A stretch of 64,000 nucleotides of DNA from Candidatus Spongiisociaceae bacterium (lineage in GTDB: Bacteria > Actinomycetota > Acidimicrobiia > Spongiisociales > Spongiisociaceae). This document shows positions 44,979-55,495 of this stretch, piece after piece. The translations under genes and the position numbers were made by a program. Every line of letters starts with the position of its first letter. Position 1 is the stretch's first letter. Location of the stretch: the NCBI GenBank assembly GCA_965202665.1, contig OZ241841.1:2144001-2208000 (forward strand), in the 5' to 3' direction. The notes under the pieces are model-generated. The model was not told the origin of the DNA and did no database searches. It saw only the letters and a program-made list of their open reading frames with translations.

Positions 44979-45539
44979 TCAGCGGCGGGCGGAGGCTTTG
45001 GCTTCCAGGTCGGGGCGCTGGCCGGGGTCGAAGTAGCGCAGGGCCCAGTCCGCCCCCTGCCAGGTGATCAGCCGCCCGTCGCGGGGGGCCAGCCGCACCA
45101 GGTAGCGGTCCCAATCCCAGGAGGCTTTCAGCTGTTCGGGGCCGGAGGGCCCGGTGTAGCGGACGGCCATCTCCTCGGCGATGGGAACCCACTGCGAACC
45201 TTCCCCTTTGGCGGGCCCCTCCGCGATCTCCGCCCGGCACTGGGCCAGCACTTTGCGGATGCGGGGGTGGGCGGTCTCTTCTATGCAGATCGCGCACTGC
45301 GGGTTGCGGGCCAGGTCCCGCACCCATTCGGAACGTTTGCGCCCCACCACGTAGAAGGCCTCCCCGTCCCACTGGTACCACAGGGGCACGATCATCGGCC
45401 AGCCGTCCGGTTTGACGACCGCCAGTTTCAACAGCCAGGTGCTGTCCGGGCCGGCCAGAAACTCCTCTATTTGGGAGTCGGGGATGCCGCCCGCGTCCGA
45501 ACCTTCCTCGTAGTAACGATCCTGTTTGAAGTCGCCCAT
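44979..45539 (-). CDS. pyridoxamine 5'-phosphate oxidase-family (split-barrel flavin/F420) protein
   Basis: LAVVKPDGWPMIVPLWYQWDG, NPQCAICI, TWQG.DWA.RY; RBS GGAGG. Confidence 0.8.
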   Translation of the reverse strand: MGDFKQDRYYEEGSDAGGIPDSQIEEFLAGPDSTWLLKLAVVKPDGWPMIVPLWYQWDGEAFYVVGRKRSEWVRDLARNPQCAICIEETAHPRIRKVLAQCRAEIAEGPAKGEGSQWVPIAEEMAVRYTGPSGPEQLKASWDWDRYLVRLAPRDGRLITWQGADWALRYFDPGQRPDLEAKASARR

Positions 45540-45637
45540 AACGCCCTCCTGCCGCGGGTAATGCCGGTTTTTGTCCCCTCCCCATAGTAGCCTGCGCCGC
45601 ATAGGCGGGCGGGATAGAAAGACCATAGGAGACGCCG

Positions 45638-47800
45638 ATGTCCGGTTTGGCAAAACGTGGGGGATGGGCCCCGGTCCTGTTGGCGTTGGCGATGGTTGCA
45701 GGCTTGGCCGCTCCGGGGACGGCCCAGACTCCGCCGGCCGACGGGGTGGGAAGGGCCGACAACCGGGCCGAATATTCGGCCTGCGTGGGGGCGGCTTATC
45801 TGGAACCGGGCGTCTCCGGGCCTTTTCTGGACGTGCGCGGCTGGAACCTGGAGGACGAAATTTTCTGCGTGGCCCATTACGGGATAACCGAAGGCCGCAC
45901 CCCCACGACCTATTCCCCGACCGAGCCCACCCTGCGCTGGCAGATGGCCCTGTTCCTGTACCGGGCGGCGATGCCGGCCGGCATAGTTTTGCCCAGACCC
46001 GCCCGCGACCAGGGTTTCACCGACATCGGAGGCTTGTCCGACGAAGCTTGGCAGGCGGTTAATTCCCTGGCCGAGATGGGGATCATGACCGGCGAAGACG
46101 GCCTGTTCAGCCCCAACCTCCCCGTGTCCCGTAGTTCCATGGCCCGGTTGATGGCCGCTTTTCTGCGGGTGTCCACCCCCGGGACCGGGGCGTACGGTCC
46201 CGCCGCCCGGTTGCAGGACATCAGGCCGGACAACACCGTTTTCACCGACACCGAAGACTTGTTCGCCGGGGCCTACCGGGACATTGAGCTGATCTACGAG
46301 CTGGGGATCACCGAAGGCAAAACCGTCACCACCTACGCCCCCGACGATTCGGTCACCCGGGGGCAGATGGCCGCTTTCATCACCCGCATGCTGTCCCACA
46401 CTTTGGCCCGCCCGATCGGGGTGTCGGTGCAGGTGGGGTCGGGGCAGGGGGCGGAGGTGGAAGTGACGGCCTCGGTGCGGGATGTGAGTTACCAGCCCCG
46501 GCGGGACGTTCCGGTGGATATGTTCTGGATCGGGGACCCGGACGGCACGTTCTCCACCGCCCGCACCTGCCCCCGCGACGCCGATGAGGTCGGTTCGGGA
46601 GCCCGGTTGTGCGAAATCGACGACGACGACGACCGAACCAACGCCGCCGGGGATGTGGTGACGACCATCACCCAAACCTCGGCTGGCAAGGTTTGGGCCT
46701 GGACCGGGAAAAAAGGGGACCGGGTCCGCACAGCCCCGGTGGGGACGCTCAGCGGCTCCCAAGGGGTGGGCTCGGCCCGAGTGGCCGCCGGGTTGAAAGT
46801 GTCCGACAGCCTGGCGGAAAACCAACAGAAACTGAAATACGGCCGCCCGGTCACTTTCATCCTGCAGGTGGTGGACGAAGACGGCGCCCCCTTGGATCTG
46901 AGGGACATCGGGATAAGAATCTCCTCCACCGAAGTCGCCCCCTCCGGGGGGACCGGTTCCCGAACCGATGTCCGCACCCACCGCACCGACGACCGGGGGC
47001 AAATCAACCTCACGTACACGCAGACGGATCCGGATATCAGCCGCGCCGACGGGGACGCCCGGCTGACGCTCACCCTCTACGCCGACACCATCAGCCAGGA
47101 CCTGCAACTGGAGGACGACACCACCAACGGGTTGGTAGTGGCGGGGGGAGCGGCGGAGGAGGCGGAGGTGTCGTGGTCGGACGATGAGCCGGAGGCGGCC
47201 GCCTTGGTGCTGGACCAGATGGAGGCCCACCATCCGGCCTCCGCCGCCGGCCGGGGCGCGGCCAACCGGGTGACCGCCACCGTCATCGACCAGTACGGAA
47301 ACCGGTTCAGCGGAGTGCGGCGGGTGTTCTTCGACTCCGACGACCCGGACGGGGTCGGCCAAGCGGCGGCCGCCGGGGCCGGTTCTTTGCGGCGCACCAC
47401 CACCCGGGGCGGGATCGCCACCCTGGACTACCAGCGGGATTCGGCGGACAGCGGGGTGGAAATCATCCGGGCCTGGGTGGACCGGCAGGACGGCCCCCGG
47501 CTGGACTCCAACGATTTGGCCCACTATTGGACCAAATCCCCGGCCGGTTTGGAAAGGCGCTCCGCGGTCGGCTCGTTGCGGTTGATCGACGCCGACGCCG
47601 ACTGGTTGGTTTTCGAAGACAACGGGCGGGAGGTGTGGGCGGCCTCCTACGACTCCAACGACCGGTTCATCGGCCGCTCCGGCCTGGGCATTCCCCTGGC
47701 CGAATTCGAGAACCAACTGCGGGATGCGGTGGGGCGCCGGATAACGGTGGACGGCTACTCGGAGAGCCCCTCCGGGAGCAGCCGTTTCATCCTCGGCTGA
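45638..47800 (+). CDS. S-layer homology (SLH) domain protein with Ig-like C-terminal region
   Basis: Signal peptide; GITEGRTPTTYSP...RWQMALFL, FTDIGG...FSPNLPVSRSSMA, GITEG...YAPDDSVTRGQMAAF. Confidence 0.88.
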   Translation: MSGLAKRGGWAPVLLALAMVAGLAAPGTAQTPPADGVGRADNRAEYSACVGAAYLEPGVSGPFLDVRGWNLEDEIFCVAHYGITEGRTPTTYSPTEPTLRWQMALFLYRAAMPAGIVLPRPARDQGFTDIGGLSDEAWQAVNSLAEMGIMTGEDGLFSPNLPVSRSSMARLMAAFLRVSTPGTGAYGPAARLQDIRPDNTVFTDTEDLFAGAYRDIELIYELGITEGKTVTTYAPDDSVTRGQMAAFITRMLSHTLARPIGVSVQVGSGQGAEVEVTASVRDVSYQPRRDVPVDMFWIGDPDGTFSTARTCPRDADEVGSGARLCEIDDDDDRTNAAGDVVTTITQTSAGKVWAWTGKKGDRVRTAPVGTLSGSQGVGSARVAAGLKVSDSLAENQQKLKYGRPVTFILQVVDEDGAPLDLRDIGIRISSTEVAPSGGTGSRTDVRTHRTDDRGQINLTYTQTDPDISRADGDARLTLTLYADTISQDLQLEDDTTNGLVVAGGAAEEAEVSWSDDEPEAAALVLDQMEAHHPASAAGRGAANRVTATVIDQYGNRFSGVRRVFFDSDDPDGVGQAAAAGAGSLRRTTTRGGIATLDYQRDSADSGVEIIRAWVDRQDGPRLDSNDLAHYWTKSPAGLERRSAVGSLRLIDADADWLVFEDNGREVWAASYDSNDRFIGRSGLGIPLAEFENQLRDAVGRRITVDGYSESPSGSSRFILG

Positions 47801-47912
47801 ACGGCGGGTTTAGGTTTTGCCCTGATTGCCCGGCGGGGGCCGGTTCGCTAGTGTATAATCGGACGGACGTTCCCGGTCGGACGCCGGGGTTAGGTAATAG
47901 GAGGAACCAGTC

Positions 47913-49712
47913 ATGAACGAAACTTGGATGGGCGAAGAGGCCGCCCCGCCGGAGATCGCCGAGCTGACGGCCGGCTATAAGGAGAAGCGGATCAGCCGCC
48001 GGCAGTTTATGAAGAGGGCGGCGGCGGCCGGGATCGGAGCGGCCGCGGCGGCTTCCATTCTGGCGGCCTGCGGCTCTGATGACCCGGCTCCCACCACCAC
48101 TACCGAAGCCGCCGCCGCGCAGGAAACGACCACCACCGCCGCCGCTACCACCACCACGGAAGCGGAGATGACGGGGCCGGCCGTCGGCGGAACGTTGCGG
48201 GAAGGCTACAACCGGGACGTTTCCAAGCACGACCCGCTGACCACCAACTGGTACGACCCGGCCTTCTTCGCCGTTTACGAGGCGATTTTGACCAACAACC
48301 CCGCCGGGGAGTCGGTGCCGCAGTTCGCTTCCGACTTTTCGGTGTCCGACGACGGCTTGGAATACCGGTTCACCATCCCGGAGGGGAAACTTTCCCATTC
48401 CGGGGGGACCATCAACGCCGAGATGGTGGCCGAATTTTACCGCTCCGTCCAGCAGTACAGCTTCGTGGCCGGTTTGGCCGCCCCGGTGGACACCTACGTA
48501 GCGGAGGGCAACGAGGTGGTGGTGAAGATGAAGAACGCCTGGATCGGCGCTCTGGGGCCGCACAAGACCGGCTACTGGCGGATCATCAACATCAACACCT
48601 GGAAGGAACTGTCTTTGACGGCCGAAGGGGAACTGGACGCCGGTTCCACCTACGGAACGGCAGTGGCGGACGGCACCGGGCCTTTCACCCACGAAGAGTG
48701 GGTGCCGGGCAGCCATGTGCTGGTGCGGCGCTGGGATGACTATCCGGGCACTTTGACCCCCTTCTTCGAAAACAAGGGGACCGCCTACCTGGACGCCATC
48801 CGCTGGTCGGTGATCACCGAAGGCGGGCAGCGGGCCACCCAGTTGGAGAACGGCGACATCGACACCCTGATCAACCCGCAGCATCAGGACATCGGCCGGT
48901 TGGAGACCAACCCGGATCTGACCGTCATCCGCCATCCGGAATGGTCCGGCTACCACCTGTCGATGAACCGGGACTACGACGAGTTCTTCGGCGACCGGTT
49001 GACCCGCCAGGGTTTGTCGCACGCTTTGGACCGGGAGGGAATGGTGGAGGCGCTCCTCTACGGCAACGGGGCCGCCACCTACGGGCCGTTCCCCACCACC
49101 GACCGGCAGTACGACCCGGCGGTGGAGCAGTTCAACCAGTTCGACGTGGATCTGGCCAACCAAAAACTGGACGAGGCGGGATGGACGGTGGGCTCCGACG
49201 GCGTGCGGGAACGCAACGGGGTGCGCTTCGAGTTCCGCTACGCGGTGGAGGACGAAACCACGCAGAGGGCGGTGGCGGAGGCGGTGGCCGCCCAGTTCTC
49301 CCAAGTGGGGGTGCGGGCCAACCTGGATGTGATCGACCGGGCCCTGCACTTCGCCGAGATCAGCGCCCCCGGCCGGGATTCGGCGGAAATGGCCCTCTTC
49401 TTCTGGCTGTGGCCCATCCCCCTGGACGTGCTGATTCTGTTCAGCGGCGAAATCTTCGTCCCGGTGCCCAACTTCTCGCACGCCATCGAGCCGCGCATCG
49501 AGCAGGCCATCGCCGACTGGCAAACCTCGGCCAACGAAGCGGAGGCCCAGGCCGCCTCTTCGGCCTTCCAGTTGGCGTGGGCGGAGGAGTTGCCCTACCT
49601 GCCGCTGATGAACCAGAACGCCACTTTCGTGCATCACAACCGGGTGCACGGCTGGCAGCCGTTCGTATGGAACCTGTATCCGTACTACAACGACACCTGG
49701 ATCGAGGCTTAA
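47913..49712 (+). CDS. ABC transporter substrate-binding protein family 5 (Tat lipoprotein)
   Basis: SRRQFMK twin-Arg motif, lipobox LAAC, Thr/Ala linker, GTGPF, LDEAGW; TATAAT at 47854 and RBS AGGAGG. Confidence 0.92.
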   Translation: MNETWMGEEAAPPEIAELTAGYKEKRISRRQFMKRAAAAGIGAAAAASILAACGSDDPAPTTTTEAAAAQETTTTAAATTTTEAEMTGPAVGGTLREGYNRDVSKHDPLTTNWYDPAFFAVYEAILTNNPAGESVPQFASDFSVSDDGLEYRFTIPEGKLSHSGGTINAEMVAEFYRSVQQYSFVAGLAAPVDTYVAEGNEVVVKMKNAWIGALGPHKTGYWRIININTWKELSLTAEGELDAGSTYGTAVADGTGPFTHEEWVPGSHVLVRRWDDYPGTLTPFFENKGTAYLDAIRWSVITEGGQRATQLENGDIDTLINPQHQDIGRLETNPDLTVIRHPEWSGYHLSMNRDYDEFFGDRLTRQGLSHALDREGMVEALLYGNGAATYGPFPTTDRQYDPAVEQFNQFDVDLANQKLDEAGWTVGSDGVRERNGVRFEFRYAVEDETTQRAVAEAVAAQFSQVGVRANLDVIDRALHFAEISAPGRDSAEMALFFWLWPIPLDVLILFSGEIFVPVPNFSHAIEPRIEQAIADWQTSANEAEAQAASSAFQLAWAEELPYLPLMNQNATFVHHNRVHGWQPFVWNLYPYYNDTWIEA

Positions 49713-49769
49713 GTTACGTATGAGCGGGGGGCGGTTCCGTTCCGCCCCCCTCGTCGATAGGGAACGCCG

Positions 49770-50714
49770 ATGACATCGGACGCGGAGACCGCCCCTCGGT
49801 TGGAAGATTGGAACGAACGGCTGGCCGCATACGAGGCGGCCCGGCACATGGGGGCTTTCCGTTCCGCTCTGCGCCGCATGCGGTTCAACAAGCTGTTGCT
49901 GATCGGCGTGGCGTTGGCGATTCTGGTGCTGGCGGCGGGCATCCTGGGTCCGGTCATCTCCGGGGTGGACCACACCTTGCAGAGTTTCCGGGACACCCAT
50001 CTCCCCCCCGGTTCCCCCGGTCATCTGCTGGGCACCGACCATCTGGGCCGGGACGTGGCCGCCCGCCTGTTCATCGGCATCCGGGTCAGCCTGTTGGTGG
50101 CGGCCGGGGTGACTTTGCTGTCGCTGATCCTGGGGTTGCTGTTGGGAATGTTCGCCGGCTACCTGGGGGGGTGGCGGGACCGCACCATCCGGGGGGTGGT
50201 GGACTTCGTGTGGGGGTTCCCGCTCATTTTGGTGGCGGTGCTGCTGGCGGGCGGCTTGGGCGGAGGGCTGTTTCCGGTGATTCTGGCGGTGGGGCTGGTC
50301 AACACGGCCGCCATCGCCCGGGTGGTGCGGGGGGAGGTGCTGGCCCTCAGCGAACGGGAGTTCATCGAAGCGGCCCGGGCGGGCGGGCTGTCCACCCCCC
50401 GCATAATGTTCAAGCACATTTTCCCCAACATCCTGGCCCCCGCCCTGGTGCTGGCCTCCTACTACGTGGCGGTGGCCATCATCGCCGAAGCGGCCCTGTC
50501 TTTCATCGGCCTGGGCGCCCAGCCCCCCACCCCCAGCCTGGGGGGGATGGTGTCCGACGGGCGCAACTTCCTGCAGCAGAACCATTGGGAGTCCACCATC
50601 CCCGGCCTGGCCATCATGTTGCTGGTGTTGGCGGTGTCCCTGATCGGGGACGGCCTGCGGGACGTCTTCGACCCCCGGTTGCGGCATGAGGCCAAAGGGG
50701 TGGAAAGCCAATGA
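49770..50714 (+). CDS. Opp/Dpp-type ABC permease (OppC-like)
   Basis: HLLGTDHLGRD, EFIEAARAGG, HIFPN, EAALSFIGLG, GDGLRDVFDP. Confidence 0.93.
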   Translation: MTSDAETAPRLEDWNERLAAYEAARHMGAFRSALRRMRFNKLLLIGVALAILVLAAGILGPVISGVDHTLQSFRDTHLPPGSPGHLLGTDHLGRDVAARLFIGIRVSLLVAAGVTLLSLILGLLLGMFAGYLGGWRDRTIRGVVDFVWGFPLILVAVLLAGGLGGGLFPVILAVGLVNTAAIARVVRGEVLALSEREFIEAARAGGLSTPRIMFKHIFPNILAPALVLASYYVAVAIIAEAALSFIGLGAQPPTPSLGGMVSDGRNFLQQNHWESTIPGLAIMLLVLAVSLIGDGLRDVFDPRLRHEAKGVESQ

Positions 50715-51628
50715 AAACCCTGGTCGCCCGCACCGTCTACATGGTGGTGGTTTTGGTGTTGTCCTCCATCGCCGTGTTCTACGCCATCCGCCTGTCCGGG
50801 GGGGACGTGACCGCCGCCCGGTTGCCCGCCTCCGCCAGTTTCGAACAGCGGGAGGCCTTCAAAGAGCAACTGGGTTTGAACGACCCCATCTACGAGCAGT
50901 ATTTCAACTACATGGGGCGGGTGCTGAGCGGCGACCTGGGTTCTTCGCTCACCAACAACGCCCGCATTTCCGACCTGTTGCTCACCCACGGACGCAACAG
51001 CCTCATTCTGGGGGCGGCCGCCTTCGTGTTGGTGTTCGCCATCGGGATTCCGCTGGGAATGCTGGCTTCCCTGCGGCGAAATTCGTGGTGGGACGGGGGG
51101 ATTATGTCCTTTTCGGTGGCGGGGATGGCCGTTCCCAACTTTTGGCTGGCCCTGCTGGCGGTGTGGTTGTTCGCCTCGGTGCTGGGCTGGTTCCCTTCGG
51201 CGGGTTGCTGCAGCCCCCGCCAGTTGGTCCTGCCGGCGGTGGTGCTGGCCATGGAGGGAATCGCCCTCACGGTGCGGATGACCCGCTCGGCGATGCTGGA
51301 AAACCTCAACCAGGACTTCGTGCGCACCCTGCGGGCGGGCGGGCTGGGGGAGGTTTCGGTGATCGGACGGCACGTGTTCCGCAACGCCCTGGTGCCCATC
51401 GTGTCCCTGGCCGGGTTGCGCATCGGGCAGATAGTGGGCTACGCCCTGGTGGTGGAAACCATATTCGGCTGGCCCGGTTTGGGCCAAGTGCTGGTCAACG
51501 CGGTGTTGCGGCGGGACTATCCGGTGGCCCAGTTCTTCTCCCTGGTGCTGGTGACCATCGTGCTGTTGGGCAACTGGCTGGCCGATGTGGGATACACGAT
51601 GGTCAATCCCCGGCTGAGGAAAGCCTGA
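50711..51628 (+). CDS. Opp/Dpp-type ABC permease (OppB-like)
   Basis: LGLNDP, GDLGSS, PNFW, RMTRSAM, HVFRNAL, VETIFGWPGLG, RDYP. Confidence 0.93.
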   Translation: MKTLVARTVYMVVVLVLSSIAVFYAIRLSGGDVTAARLPASASFEQREAFKEQLGLNDPIYEQYFNYMGRVLSGDLGSSLTNNARISDLLLTHGRNSLILGAAAFVLVFAIGIPLGMLASLRRNSWWDGGIMSFSVAGMAVPNFWLALLAVWLFASVLGWFPSAGCCSPRQLVLPAVVLAMEGIALTVRMTRSAMLENLNQDFVRTLRAGGLGEVSVIGRHVFRNALVPIVSLAGLRIGQIVGYALVVETIFGWPGLGQVLVNAVLRRDYPVAQFFSLVLVTIVLLGNWLADVGYTMVNPRLRKA

Positions 51629-52659
51629 TGGCCGCCGCCGACTCCGGGGCGGCGGTGGCGGAGGCCCCGGCTCCGGCCGGGGGCGGCGGGTCGCTCCTGT
51701 CCATCCGCGGTTTGCGCACCGCGGTGACCGGCGGCGGGGAAACCTTCGACATCGTGCGCGACCTGTCCCTGGATTTGTTCCCCAACGAAATTCTGTGCCT
51801 GGTGGGGGAGAGCGGGTGCGGCAAAAGCATCACCGCCCTGTCGGTCATGCGGCTGTTGCCCACCCCGCCGGTGCAGGTGCGCTCCGGGGAGATTCTCTAC
51901 GAAGGGCGGGATCTGCTGGCCCTGCGGGCGGCGGAAATGCGGGACATCCGCGCCGACCGTATTTCCATGATTTTCCAAGATCCGCTGACTTCCCTGGATC
52001 CGGTGTTCACGGTGGGCGGGGTGATGACCGAAGTCATTCAGGCCCACCGTCCGGCGGAGCGGGCGCAGGCCGAAGAGATGGCGGTGGCCGCCCTCGCCGA
52101 AGTGGGCCTGCCCGACCCGGCCGCCCGCATGCGCTCCTACCCCCACGAGTTGTCGGGGGGGATGCGGCAACGGGTGATGATCGCCATGGCCCTGGTGCTG
52201 GACCCCGACATCCTGATCGCCGATGAGCCCACCACCGCCCTGGACGTGACCGTCCAGGCCCAGATTTTGGACAAACTGACCAGCGAACAGCGCCGGCGGG
52301 GAATGTCCATGTTGCTCATCACCCACGACTTGGCGGTGGTGGCCGCGGTGGCCGACCGGGTGGCGGTGATGTACGCCGGGGAGATAGTGGAGCAGGCCCC
52401 GGTGGTGGAACTGTTCGACCACCCCCGCCATCCTTACACGCAGGGGCTGTTGCGGGCCCTGCCCCATGTGAGCGCCACCCGCCACCGCCTGCATCCCATC
52501 CGGGGGGTGGTGCCGCCTCCGCAACTGATGCCGGAGGGGTGCCGGTTCGCCCCCCGTTGCCCGCACGCCCTGGACCGGTGCTGGAGCGACCCCCCGCAGT
52601 TGGCGGAGGAGGAGGGGCGGGCTTTGCGCTGTTTTAACCCGCAACCGTTCGTCCGATGA
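51628..52659 (+). CDS. Opp/Dpp-type ABC ATP-binding protein (OppD-like)
   Basis: [42 protein letters not shown]. Confidence 0.95.
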   Translation: MAAADSGAAVAEAPAPAGGGGSLLSIRGLRTAVTGGGETFDIVRDLSLDLFPNEILCLVGESGCGKSITALSVMRLLPTPPVQVRSGEILYEGRDLLALRAAEMRDIRADRISMIFQDPLTSLDPVFTVGGVMTEVIQAHRPAERAQAEEMAVAALAEVGLPDPAARMRSYPHELSGGMRQRVMIAMALVLDPDILIADEPTTALDVTVQAQILDKLTSEQRRRGMSMLLITHDLAVVAAVADRVAVMYAGEIVEQAPVVELFDHPRHPYTQGLLRALPHVSATRHRLHPIRGVVPPPQLMPEGCRFAPRCPHALDRCWSDPPQLAEEEGRALRCFNPQPFVR

Positions 52660-53372
52660 GCGGGGGCCCGGCCGGGCCGGTTCCGGCCAACGGGGGGCCG
52701 ACGGCGGTGGCGGTGCGCACCGCGGAGGGACTGGTGTTGCGGGGCCACGAATGGCCGGTGGACGGCCCGGCGGTGCTGTTCGTGCATGACTTCGGGGATG
52801 ATTTGGACTCCTGGGGGCCGGTCACCGCCCGTTTCGCCTCCTGCGGGTTTCGGGTGATCAGCATGGAACTGCGGGGGCACGGCCTGTCCGAAGGCGACCC
52901 CGACCCGGCCCGCCTGCTCGACGACCTGGCCGGGCTGTCGGCGGAGATCGCCGCCTCTTTCGGTCCGGTGGGGGTGGTTTCCTACGGCTGGGCCGCCGTC
53001 GGGTTGCTGTATCTGAACGAGGAGTCTGGGGCTCCGGTGCACGCCCTGCTCACCCCTTTCTCCGGGGAAGAGATGGATTGGCGGGGAACCCGCTCGGCGA
53101 TGCGGGTGATTTTGGGCGGCTCCCTGGACGAGGTCCGCCATCGCTACCTGGACCGGATCTATCCGAAAATTTTGGGCCACAAACTGCGGGTGTCCGGGGC
53201 GTCGGCCGCCTTCGGCCCGCAACTGTTGGAGGATCAGCCGCAACTGCTGGAGCATCTGGTTATGTTTATGCGCAGGGAACTGATTCCCTACCATTTGGCT
53301 TGGATCGCCCAACGCGCCGACCAGTTGCGGGCGGGCGGCGCGGCGGCCCCCGACCGGGATAACCCGGAGTAG
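52656..53372 (+). CDS. alpha/beta-hydrolase-fold protein, degenerate catalytic motif
   Basis: AVLFVHDFG, ELRGHGLSEG; no GxSxG at the nucleophile elbow. Confidence 0.65.
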   Translation: MSGGPAGPVPANGGPTAVAVRTAEGLVLRGHEWPVDGPAVLFVHDFGDDLDSWGPVTARFASCGFRVISMELRGHGLSEGDPDPARLLDDLAGLSAEIAASFGPVGVVSYGWAAVGLLYLNEESGAPVHALLTPFSGEEMDWRGTRSAMRVILGGSLDEVRHRYLDRIYPKILGHKLRVSGASAAFGPQLLEDQPQLLEHLVMFMRRELIPYHLAWIAQRADQLRAGGAAAPDRDNPE

Positions 53373-53423
53373 CCACGCGAGTAAGCCCGCAGACAAGATA
53401 AGACCAGTAGAAAGGACCAGGCG

Positions 53424-54296
53424 ATGCCGGTTGTCGACGCCCACTTGCACCTGTTCCGGGCGCGGAGCGAAACCTATCCCCGGGATGTCATAGACGGGAT
53501 GACCCCGCCGGAGCGGGAAGAACCCGCCGAGGAGTTTTTGGCCGCCATGGAACGGGCCGGGGTGGACCGGGCGGTGATCGTCCCCCTTTCCACCCACGAC
53601 CATTATCTGGCGGAGATACTGCGCGACTTCCCCGGCAAATTCGCCGGAGTGGGGGTGTACGACGCCGATGCCCCGGACGGGGCGGGGCAGGTTGCCCGCC
53701 GGGCGGAGCAGGTCGGCGTCCAGGGGTTGCGTTTCTACGGGTTCGGGGCCGATGCCGGGCAGGCCCCGGAGGAGATGGCCGTGTTTCCGGTTTTGGAGGC
53801 GATGCGGGAGGCGGGGATGGTGGTGTGGTTCTACGGGTCGCCCGACCAGGTGCGCCTGTTGGACGGGGCGATGGAACTTTTGCCCGGCCTGAAAGTGGTT
53901 TTGAACCATTTGGGGTTCTGCCCCGACATTTGGATGGAAATCAAGATGGACGCCGACATGCGCCCCCGGTTCGACATCCCCCTGCCCCCGGATTCCCTGG
54001 AGCTGATAGAGGAGACGGCCGCCAAGCGCCCCGATGACCTCTACGTGCACGTGTCCGGCCAATACGCCTTCACCGGTGCCGACTACCCGCACCCCGACCT
54101 GCAGGAAGTGGTGGACCGGGTGTACGCGGCCTTCGGGGCGGAGCGGATGATGATGGCCTCCGACTGGCCGTGGATAAAACACAACCCGGGCTACAAGGAA
54201 ACCCTGGCCCTGGCGGACCTTTACCTCCCCGACCTGACCCCGCCCGAACGGGAAGCCATCCGCGGCGGCACCGCCTCCTCCCTTTTCACATTTTAA
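53424..54296 (+). CDS. amidohydrolase family 2 protein (lactonase-like)
   Basis: VDAHLH, GVDRAVIV, LNHLG, AFGAERMMMASDWP. Confidence 0.88.
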   Translation: MPVVDAHLHLFRARSETYPRDVIDGMTPPEREEPAEEFLAAMERAGVDRAVIVPLSTHDHYLAEILRDFPGKFAGVGVYDADAPDGAGQVARRAEQVGVQGLRFYGFGADAGQAPEEMAVFPVLEAMREAGMVVWFYGSPDQVRLLDGAMELLPGLKVVLNHLGFCPDIWMEIKMDADMRPRFDIPLPPDSLELIEETAAKRPDDLYVHVSGQYAFTGADYPHPDLQEVVDRVYAAFGAERMMMASDWPWIKHNPGYKETLALADLYLPDLTPPEREAIRGGTASSLFTF

Positions 54297-54786
54297 GAAA
54301 AGCCACCGCTAGTTTACAATCCCAAGCAGCAACCAGCGCCGTAGCGACAAGGGGGCGTGAAAACTAAATCCTGGGGCGCCTTAACCTGGGGCGCCTATGA
54401 TTCCTTTCGCCCACCACGACTGCGAATGGGTAACCCGCGAAAATATGGAGTTACCCTTCGGTTGGGAATCGGTCTGCTTGCTGGGCTCCGCCCAAACCGG
54501 GAAACGCCGGTTGCCCCTCCCTCAGATTATCGATGCGCTGATGTCCGCCGGTACCATCTTTATCGATGCAGAGGGCAGAGGTGATTGGCCTATCGTCTTG
54601 ACCTATCACGCGTTCGGTCCCACACAGGACAGTCCCATCCATGTCTTGTTCGGGTTTCATCAATTTTTTCCGGTGGGTAAAATAATGCACGCTTGTCGTT
54701 ACCTATGCGATGCTTCTCGGCAATTCTCAGGATTTGGGGATGTTAGGCTACGCTTAGGACGCGAGAGGGAATAGGAGGTACAACCA

Positions 54787-55113
54787 ATGCCTGCAGATTC
54801 AGACTACGATCCGTTGGATTACGATAGTTTGGGAGCGCGGTTGCCTGAGCATATTAGGCAGTGGCGGGATGACCCGAACCATTGGTTCAACGACCAGGAG
54901 GACAACCGGTATTGGGAGGAGTACGATCGGGACTTGATGGCTGGTCGGCGCGGCGCGGAGGTGTGGGAGGCGGCGCGTCGTATGGAGGAGGCGGGTCAGA
55001 CTACGGTGACCATCAACGGTCGGGAGTACCCGGCGGCTACCACCGCCGACTTGGAGAGAATGTACAAGGCGGCCCGAAAACGCGCCCGCGCGCAAACCGA
55101 ATCTCCTTCCTGA
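54787..55113 (+). CDS. hypothetical 108-aa protein, array copy 1
   Basis: RBS AGGAGGT; conserved core DPNHWFNDQEDNRYWE...MEEAGQTTVTINGREYPAA. Confidence 0.85.
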   Translation: MPADSDYDPLDYDSLGARLPEHIRQWRDDPNHWFNDQEDNRYWEEYDRDLMAGRRGAEVWEAARRMEEAGQTTVTINGREYPAATTADLERMYKAARKRARAQTESPS

Positions 55114-55140
55114 CGTTCGGTAACGATTGGAGGCGCAACG

Positions 55141-55467
55141 ATGTCTGCAGACTCAGGTTACGATCCGTTGGATTACGATGTTTTTGGGCGGCGGTTGCCT
55201 GAGCATATCAGGCGGTGGCGGGATGACCCGAACCATTGGTTCAACGACCAGGAGGACAACCGGTATTGGGAGCAGCATGACCGGGATCTGATGGCTGGTA
55301 GGTGCGGCGCGGAGGTGTTGGAGGAGATCCGTCGCATGGAGGAGGCTGGCCAGACCACGGTGACCATAAACGGTCGAGAATACCCGGCGGCGGTGCGCTC
55401 CAACATAGAGAAGTTCCGAGCCTTGGCTCGAGAACGCGAGCGTTCCCAAACCGAATCCCCTTCCTGA
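55141..55467 (+). CDS. hypothetical 108-aa protein, array copy 2
   Basis: Own RBS TTGGAGG; same length and core as the other copies. Confidence 0.85.
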   Translation: MSADSGYDPLDYDVFGRRLPEHIRRWRDDPNHWFNDQEDNRYWEQHDRDLMAGRCGAEVLEEIRRMEEAGQTTVTINGREYPAAVRSNIEKFRALARERERSQTESPS

Positions 55468-55495
55468 CGTTCGGTAACGATTGGAGGCGTAACCG

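Noticed and set aside
54357-54774. Short ORFs (75-125 aa) upstream of the array
   Set aside because: Mutually overlapping, no recognisable motifs or RBS, atypical composition; not supportable as genes.
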